Shown here one piece after another: positions 58,038 through 64,000 of a DNA stretch of 64,000 bases. Made by a program: the position numbers and the translations under genes. This DNA is from an uncultured Planctomycetales bacterium (GTDB lineage: Bacteria; Omnitrophota; Gorgyraeia; Gygaellales; Profunditerraquicolaceae), in the NCBI GenBank assembly GCA_964354795.1, contig CAYHBB010000037.1, forward strand, positions 46,197 to 110,196, given 5' to 3'. Positions within the stretch are counted from its first letter, which is position 1; each line of letters begins with the position of its first letter. The notes below the pieces were generated by a model, which was not told the origin of the DNA, searched no databases, and saw only the letters and a program-made list of their open reading frames with translations.

Positions 58038-58996
58038 CTCAACATCTCCTTAACTTTATCAAAAACTTCTTCTACGCTGATGTTATCAAGCCCCGGTTTT
58101 TCAATGACAGCGCAATTTGCTGCCCAGGGCCCCCATCTTTTAGAAGTCTTGCCGGGAAGATCATTTCTAAATAGCGCTAAAACCGGGGTATTAACGCAAC
58201 AAGCCAGGTGCACCGGTCCACTATCCCCGGAAATAAGCAACCGGCAGCTCTTTAAAACCGCGGCTAGCTGCACCAGATCCGTCTTTGCGGATAAATCAAT
58301 CAGGCTTTTTCCAAATCCGGAGAATAAATCCCAGCTGCGGGCTGCTTCTTCTTTACCGCCGACAATCACCACATTAAGCTTAAGCTCTGAAATCAGTTTC
58401 TCTACTAAGCTGCGGAATCGATCAGGATGCCACTGCTTAACCGGGCCACTAGTCCATGGATGAACCGCAACCAAATTCTCTCGATTACCCAAACCCAGAC
58501 TTTTAATATAACTTATTATTATATCATTATTTAGGGATAAAGATAAGCTTAAATCCTTTGTAGTAGCACCCACCAAACTCACTAAATCAAGGTTATGTTC
58601 CACCTCATGTTTATGGCTTAGGGCCTTTTCGTCCTTTGCCTTTCTGTTCAGCAAAAATCCCCACTTGCGATTATATCCAAGGCGCACAGGTATTGCGGCA
58701 AAAAAACTGATAATATGCGATTCTTTAGAAGGGTTTAAAACCATGCATAAATCGAATTTCTTTCTCTTTAACCTACCGGAGAATTTAAGGACTTCCCCCA
58801 AACCATGTTTCGTATTCTTCCAGCCGATCACCTCATCCACTCCCTCAATGCACTGCGCAAGAGCCACAACATAAGGATCGACTACCAGCGTTAGGCGGCT
58901 ACCTGGGTTAGATACTTTAAGCGCGCGAAAAGCCGGAATGTTAAGCAAGAACTCTCCGAAACGGTCATTACGAAAAACGAGAATATTATTGAACAT
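58034..58996 (-). CDS. GT9 glycosyltransferase (heptosyltransferase family)
   Basis: RNDRFGE, HP...KQW and SGDSGPVHLA. Confidence 0.85.
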   Translation of the reverse strand: MFNNILVFRNDRFGEFLLNIPAFRALKVSNPGSRLTLVVDPYVVALAQCIEGVDEVIGWKNTKHGLGEVLKFSGRLKRKKFDLCMVLNPSKESHIISFFAAIPVRLGYNRKWGFLLNRKAKDEKALSHKHEVEHNLDLVSLVGATTKDLSLSLSLNNDIIISYIKSLGLGNRENLVAVHPWTSGPVKQWHPDRFRSLVEKLISELKLNVVIVGGKEEAARSWDLFSGFGKSLIDLSAKTDLVQLAAVLKSCRLLISGDSGPVHLACCVNTPVLALFRNDLPGKTSKRWGPWAANCAVIEKPGLDNISVEEVFDKVKEMLR

Positions 58997-60149
58997 ATAG
59001 TTTTAGATATTCGTTTAACAGGTTATATGAAACAATCCCCAAGAATACTATATACGTCCCTGCTAATGGGAGAAAGATAAACTTAACTTTTCTTACCAGA
59101 TAAATTCCTTCTACTATCATATAAAATATGAAAGGCGCGATAAAAAGCGTAGCCCGGCAGCCAGTAAATGGATAAGCCTGCAGCACGCCCAGAACGAATA
59201 ATTCGCCCACCAAAACGGCACAAAGCCCCCGTAAATCAAAAAGCCCTCCCCTATTCTTCTTTAGGGAGCCGATAAAATATTTTACCATCGCTACCCAGCA
59301 AAAAGGCATAAAAACTGTAGCCACCCCCATTGCCCATTTCTTTTCCAGGGACCAACTGACCGTGATATTACGCATACCCTCGGTCAGAGATTTAAAGAAC
59401 TCATACGGCGACTGCGTGTTAATAAAATAATCTTTCCAATAGTCACGCATAGACGGGTTGCCTAGAGAAAAACGCAAATCAAAAATATAGCTAAGAATAA
59501 AACAGCTTAAAGTAAGCGCTAAATAAACACCAAGTAAAGAGAGAGCCTCTGTATTTTTCCTTATAATAACCACAAAATTATACCCCACAATCCAAAGCAT
59601 AAGCACACTTACGTATGAAAAAAACACCAGAAACGGAGTAACCACTACAAAAAACCACAACTTCTTTAAAGCGATCTCTCCTCGGGAAAATGCCGCCTGA
59701 TAATATACAAATAAAGTGATCAACGCAACGGCAAAAAGATCGCAGGAATACTGTTTAAACTCCGCGGCGTAATAAGTGGTAAAGTGGGAACAGGCTAAAG
59801 ACAGGCATAAAAGTATAAGAAAAAACCCAGTCTTAGCGGCGAGTCTATATATTTTTATCCAGATAGCTACACCGGCAAGCATGAATGCCAAGGGAAGGAA
59901 ACGCAAAGCCAGGACATCATAAGAAAATGGCTGGGATACTAGTTTTACCAGCGCAAGATACACTCTTGGGAATACCTGAGTATTCTTTAAAGGCCCAAAC
60001 AGCTGCAAAGAAGAAAAATCCCGGATGTTGGCAAAAAGCAAACCTTCGTCAAGCCATAGGGGCCGGCGCGAGAAATAATGCAGGAAACACAGAAATAAAA
60101 ACCATCCTGCAATAACCGCTATTGCATATTGAATAAATCTATTTTTCAT
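58986..60149 (-). CDS. Multi-pass membrane GT-C-like glycosyltransferase
   Basis: RPLWLDE luminal motif, YAAEFKQYS and many TM segments. Confidence 0.65.
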   Translation of the reverse strand: MKNRFIQYAIAVIAGWFLFLCFLHYFSRRPLWLDEGLLFANIRDFSSLQLFGPLKNTQVFPRVYLALVKLVSQPFSYDVLALRFLPLAFMLAGVAIWIKIYRLAAKTGFFLILLCLSLACSHFTTYYAAEFKQYSCDLFAVALITLFVYYQAAFSRGEIALKKLWFFVVVTPFLVFFSYVSVLMLWIVGYNFVVIIRKNTEALSLLGVYLALTLSCFILSYIFDLRFSLGNPSMRDYWKDYFINTQSPYEFFKSLTEGMRNITVSWSLEKKWAMGVATVFMPFCWVAMVKYFIGSLKKNRGGLFDLRGLCAVLVGELFVLGVLQAYPFTGCRATLFIAPFIFYMIVEGIYLVRKVKFIFLPLAGTYIVFLGIVSYNLLNEYLKLYVQ

Positions 60150-61366
60150 TTTTCGGCAACGAGCTTCCTAAGGGACAAAGATACTCCGACTAAATACCAG
60201 AATATCATGGCAACGCGGGCATAATACAGGCTTGTTTCAGTAAGGCCGTTGACCAGAAAAGCGATAAAACAGGCAGCCAAAGATACGGTCACGACCTTCA
60301 GAAACTCATCATCAACCAAGCAGTATGTGCGCAGGTTATCGCGGAACAACACAAACAAAAACAAAAAGAATATCCCAAGCCCGAGCAATCCGGTTTCACC
60401 GGCCATCTGCAGGAAGTGATTATGCGCATACATGGAGTCACTTGTCTTTGCCCAATCCGGCTCAGGCAACTTGTAAGTCAGGTAATTCTTGGAAAAAGTA
60501 TTTACTCCCACCCCCACCACCGGATGGTGCTTGATCATATTAACCGCGTTCTTATAAACGCTGATCCTGTCATCATTAAGCATGAAACGGATAGGGTTGT
60601 AATTGACCTGCGCAGCCCAATCCCTGATATTTTGCGGCATAATAAAAGGAAACACCAAAAACAGGATGATTAAACCTGCAGACAAGACTTTTGATTTACG
60701 CATTAAACAGATAAATAAAACGCTGATATATAAAGCAAGAGCTGTCCCGCGGGAAAACGTCAACACTATGCCGATTACCGCAAAAGCGGCGCCTACCAGC
60801 ATGATGATCTTCTTCTTGCCTTTATAAAAAAACAAGGCCGGCCCGATAATCAGCGGCGCAATAGCGCTTAAATACACTCCGAATACATTGGCATTGGGAA
60901 ACGCCGCTGTTGCTCGCTTTAAGCCGATATTTAAGATCGGCTTAAAACCGCGGATAAAATCCTTTCCGAAAAATATCTGCCACAGCCCGTCGATAGAAGC
61001 AAGCGATGCTCCACAAAGCGCAGCGATTACTATGTGTTGGATGTGTTTCTTGTCTTTTATCTCCTCAGCACAGATCAAAAGTAAAAAGAAATTCTGCATC
61101 AGCCTGACCACTCCATGGACGCTTGACCAGAAATCTATGGTATTCTTAAAGGAAAATAACGCGGCGATGATCAAAAACAAAAGCTGCAGATTTACGGGTG
61201 TGGAGATAAACGGGCGCGTGCGGGTTATGATCTTCTTTAAGATAAATGACGCTGCCAACATCCCCATGAATGTGAAGGTCATGCCCGGCGCGATGGCAAT
61301 AGAGAAAGGAAGCATGACAATCGCCCAATAGAGCACAAAATCTATAACTTTAAGTGTCTTCTTCAT
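60146..61366 (-). CDS. O-antigen ligase family protein (WaaL-like)
   Basis: RATAAFPNAN, LTFSRG, HPVVGVG and AHNHFLQMAGETGLLG. Confidence 0.88.
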   Translation of the reverse strand: MKKTLKVIDFVLYWAIVMLPFSIAIAPGMTFTFMGMLAASFILKKIITRTRPFISTPVNLQLLFLIIAALFSFKNTIDFWSSVHGVVRLMQNFFLLLICAEEIKDKKHIQHIVIAALCGASLASIDGLWQIFFGKDFIRGFKPILNIGLKRATAAFPNANVFGVYLSAIAPLIIGPALFFYKGKKKIIMLVGAAFAVIGIVLTFSRGTALALYISVLFICLMRKSKVLSAGLIILFLVFPFIMPQNIRDWAAQVNYNPIRFMLNDDRISVYKNAVNMIKHHPVVGVGVNTFSKNYLTYKLPEPDWAKTSDSMYAHNHFLQMAGETGLLGLGIFFLFLFVLFRDNLRTYCLVDDEFLKVVTVSLAACFIAFLVNGLTETSLYYARVAMIFWYLVGVSLSLRKLVAEK

Positions 61367-61370
61367 AGAT

Positions 61371-62048
61371 TTATCCTTTTATGCGGTATTTGATAATGCT
61401 AAAGATTGTGGCGATCCCGTCGTTTATACGGATCTTCTTACCCTCAGCGTAACTGCGCGGAGTATATTCTATAGGAACCTCAACAATACGCCAATTTCTC
61501 TTAAGGGCCTTGGCCACTATCTCAGCTTCAATGGTAAATGTCGAAGATGTAAGTTCGAGGTTCAAAAAATACTCTCTGCGGCACAACTTATAACAAGTAA
61601 AAAAATCATTCAGCTTGACACCGAACATGAAATTAAGGAACCCAGTGAGAAACCTATTTCCCATGCGGGGAACCAGCAGTCCGTGATACCCCTTAGTAAA
61701 TCTTGCGCCCATGACCAGATCCGCAAACCCTTTCTTCATCTCTTCCATCAGCTTCAGATATTCTTCCGGCTTATACTCCAAATCCGCGTCCTGCACGATC
61801 ACATACTCGCCTTTTGCGTGGGATAATCCCGTGATAAACGCAGACCCCTTACCGCGGTTCTTGGTATGATGGATCACCTTTATAATCGGAGAATTAATAC
61901 CCCTAAGGATCTTGCCTGTCCCGTCGCTTGAGCCGTCATCCACGACAACGATCTCTTTGTCGATATTCACCGCCTCCACCCTTTGCACCAGGGCTGCTAT
62001 CGTACTTGCTTCATTGTAAACCGGAATTATCACAGAAAGTAATGGCAT
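61371..62048 (-). CDS. GT2 polyprenol-phosphate glycosyltransferase-like
   Basis: IIPVYNE, VDDGSSDGT, NRGKG, QDADLEY and EGKKI. The start was placed at ATG 62048. Confidence 0.85.
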   Translation of the reverse strand: MPLLSVIIPVYNEASTIAALVQRVEAVNIDKEIVVVDDGSSDGTGKILRGINSPIIKVIHHTKNRGKGSAFITGLSHAKGEYVIVQDADLEYKPEEYLKLMEEMKKGFADLVMGARFTKGYHGLLVPRMGNRFLTGFLNFMFGVKLNDFFTCYKLCRREYFLNLELTSSTFTIEAEIVAKALKRNWRIVEVPIEYTPRSYAEGKKIRINDGIATIFSIIKYRIKG

Positions 62049-62050
62049 GG

Positions 62051-62749
62051 TTATCCTCTTATGCTCAGAAAAATCGCCCAAAGATATAATCTGATATATC
62101 CGGGCAGTAATTTAAATACCCGAAAGCTTGATTTACCCCTAGTCCTTTCTCTCCAGACCGTCGGCACCTCACCTATCTTAAACCCTTGAAAAAAAGCCTT
62201 TAAAGTTATCTCCATGGATATCTCAAACCCCTTAGCTTTTATCTCAACGCTTTGAATGACTTTTTTGCGGTACATCTTAAAAGCATTGGCAATGTCGTGC
62301 GTAGGAACGCCAATCAGATAATACATGGAGCGACCGGCAAAACCGGATAGAATTGCCTTAAAACGCGAACCGCCCAGCCTACCCCCTTCTTTTGCATAAC
62401 GGCAGCCGCAGGCCACGTCAAAACCCTGATTGATCTTATCCCATAACAACTTAATGGTCGATAAGTCATCGCACAAGTCGCCCATAACCGGCATAACTAC
62501 ATCACCACCCGAAGCGTCAAAACCGGTACGAATAGCGTTTGCAAAACCCTTATCGCGCTTATTCTCAACCAGCCTGACATTTTTGTATTTAATGGCCAAC
62601 CCGCTTACAATCTGCGCAGTTAAATCAGTAGAATGATCATTGACCACCACCAGCTCATGCTCAATAGCGACTGAACCTTCGACCTTAGTAATCACATCTT
62701 CGATATTTTCTTCTTCGTTATGCGCCGGGGTAATTATCGATAGCTTCAT
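62051..62749 (-). CDS. GT2 polyprenol-phosphate glycosyltransferase-like
   Basis: ITPAHNEE, VNDHSTD, MGDLCD and EVPTVWRER..GKS. Confidence 0.85.
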   Translation of the reverse strand: MKLSIITPAHNEEENIEDVITKVEGSVAIEHELVVVNDHSTDLTAQIVSGLAIKYKNVRLVENKRDKGFANAIRTGFDASGGDVVMPVMGDLCDDLSTIKLLWDKINQGFDVACGCRYAKEGGRLGGSRFKAILSGFAGRSMYYLIGVPTHDIANAFKMYRKKVIQSVEIKAKGFEISMEITLKAFFQGFKIGEVPTVWRERTRGKSSFRVFKLLPGYIRLYLWAIFLSIRG

Positions 62750-64000
62750 TTCAGGATTTTATAAATACGTATTGTCTGGTTTGAGAACACAGAACTAAAT
62801 TTATCAGGGTGCGCCCTTACCCAGGCATCTTCCATAGGAAATTCTATATCCTTAGTCTGATGCAAAGAATAAACAAAGAGATAATCAGTTTCGCGCCTTA
62901 ATAAATTTGCTAGCCAAACCGAATAACTGCCACTAGCGCGGTAATTACCTTTTTCTTCAAAGCTTTTATGAACGCTAGAAAAGTCTTTTCCCCATCGGTA
63001 AAAGCTTTTCGGAAAGTAGTACAATTTCACCGGATCAGTAAAATTAACCGAAACATAAAAAACATTGTTCTTGAAATGCTCACCATACAGGGGAAACGGC
63101 ACCGGCCTTCCGGCATAGGCAATATTATTCCCGACGGTATTGGCATTCAGCCAATCCCAGGCCTTGGTCGCATCAGGCCAGAATCCGGTATATTTAGTCA
63201 TCTGACAATAGCTCTTAAACTCATTCTTGCTATAGCGGCCTGCCGCAACCCCTAAGACAAAGAGCGCAATAAGGATAACTATTGTAGCAAACCTGCTGAA
63301 GTTATTCTTTAGATATTTGTAACCGGGTAGAATTAGCAAGAATAAAATAAATGTAAGGCCCATAGAAACTCCCAGCTCAAGCCTCCGCGCCATCTCGTGG
63401 AACGCGGTAAACACGCAAACCAGCACCATCCAGCGCACAGCTTTTTTAGAGAAATTCACCCGACTCAGAACATAAAACGCCAAAATATACCCCAAGGCAA
63501 ACATGGGATAAATATAGCGCACATTAGGCAAAGCCACTAGATAGCGATAGGCCAGGAACATAAATATAAAACTTGCCAGCAATATTACTTCATACAATCT
63601 AATTTTTCTTTCCTTAAAAGTTAAATATATCAGCATTATAAGCCCCGGGATAATAAACAGGATCGTCCCGGCACCCATTCCCTCGCCAAAAAGTATATTG
63701 CTGATGCTGTATTCTTCGGGGCTTGCGAATACGGTAAAATTTCCCTTTTCCATGACACCTTTAAATATGACTTTGCCGAACACCTGAAACTCCAAAGGAT
63801 ACAAAGGATTTCCTGTAAGCAAGTAGTTGCGAATATAACTAAAGCCCCCTAGAGCAACTGCGGCAATGACAAAAATAAGCAGCGGCATGACAAAACCTGA
63901 CTCCGACTTATTCTTAAACAAAACATAGATAGAAAATAAGATCAGGATCAGGCTAAAATTCAAAGCAATGGTTTTTGTCCCGGCAAGAAGCCCTACCGAT
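62746..64000 (-). CDS. Multi-pass membrane protein (GT-C-like); partial, 5' end beyond the window
   Basis: The frame stays open to the window end (..GLLAGTKTIALNFS..); YIRN...TGNPLYP motif and many TM segments. Confidence 0.7.
   Translation of the reverse strand, partial: SVGLLAGTKTIALNFSLILILFSIYVLFKNKSESGFVMPLLIFVIAAVALGGFSYIRNYLLTGNPLYPLEFQVFGKVIFKGVMEKGNFTVFASPEEYSISNILFGEGMGAGTILFIIPGLIMLIYLTFKERKIRLYEVILLASFIFMFLAYRYLVALPNVRYIYPMFALGYILAFYVLSRVNFSKKAVRWMVLVCVFTAFHEMARRLELGVSMGLTFILFLLILPGYKYLKNNFSRFATIVILIALFVLGVAAGRYSKNEFKSYCQMTKYTGFWPDATKAWDWLNANTVGNNIAYAGRPVPFPLYGEHFKNNVFYVSVNFTDPVKLYYFPKSFYRWGKDFSSVHKSFEEKGNYRASGSYSVWLANLLRRETDYLFVYSLHQTKDIEFPMEDAWVRAHPDKFSSVFSNQTIRIYKILK

Overview
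A 64-kb bacterial chromosomal segment in which every credible gene lies on the minus strand. The gene content resembles Candidatus Omnitrophota; this is an inference, not proven. Reading in the direction of transcription (right to left) there are four blocks. (1) 64000-49265 is an LPS-core/envelope and housekeeping run: GT-C and GT2 glycosyltransferases, O-antigen ligase, two GT9 heptosyltransferases, manC, a DegT aminotransferase, gmhB, a UgtP-like GT, a split priA with degenerate helicase motifs, and fmt. (2) 49255-40530 holds a secreted heptapeptide-repeat protein, then an accessory module bracketed by GGGGACGGTTCT/AGAACCGTCCCC REP-like palindromes. The module has its own sigma70 promoter, a small secreted protein, a 2213-aa Sec-signal SpvB/FG-GAP/YD-Rhs polymorphic toxin with an inserted domain, a putative membrane immunity protein, and an ORF6N gene between direct repeats. 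(3) 40514-35956 is a tandem galT pair (one lacks the catalytic His), gap and an SGNH protein. (4) 35799-1 is a >35-kb surface-glycan operon headed by a probably leaderless EPS-associated MarR regulator with GTTCA-N5-TGAAC palindromes. It encodes PseB, three NeuB synthases, two SpsF-type cytidylyltransferases, three DegT aminotransferases, two B12 radical-SAM enzymes, two methyltransferases, an ABC flippase, an AsnB-like ligase lacking the N-terminal Cys, and an ACP-like protein lacking the phosphopantetheine serine. A ~50-nt two-hairpin element with a compensatory base change occurs just upstream of the Shine-Dalgarno (SD) sequences of both gap and gmhB. No rRNA, tRNA, CRISPR array, integrase or transposase was seen. 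All calls come from reading motifs by eye; no database searches were run.
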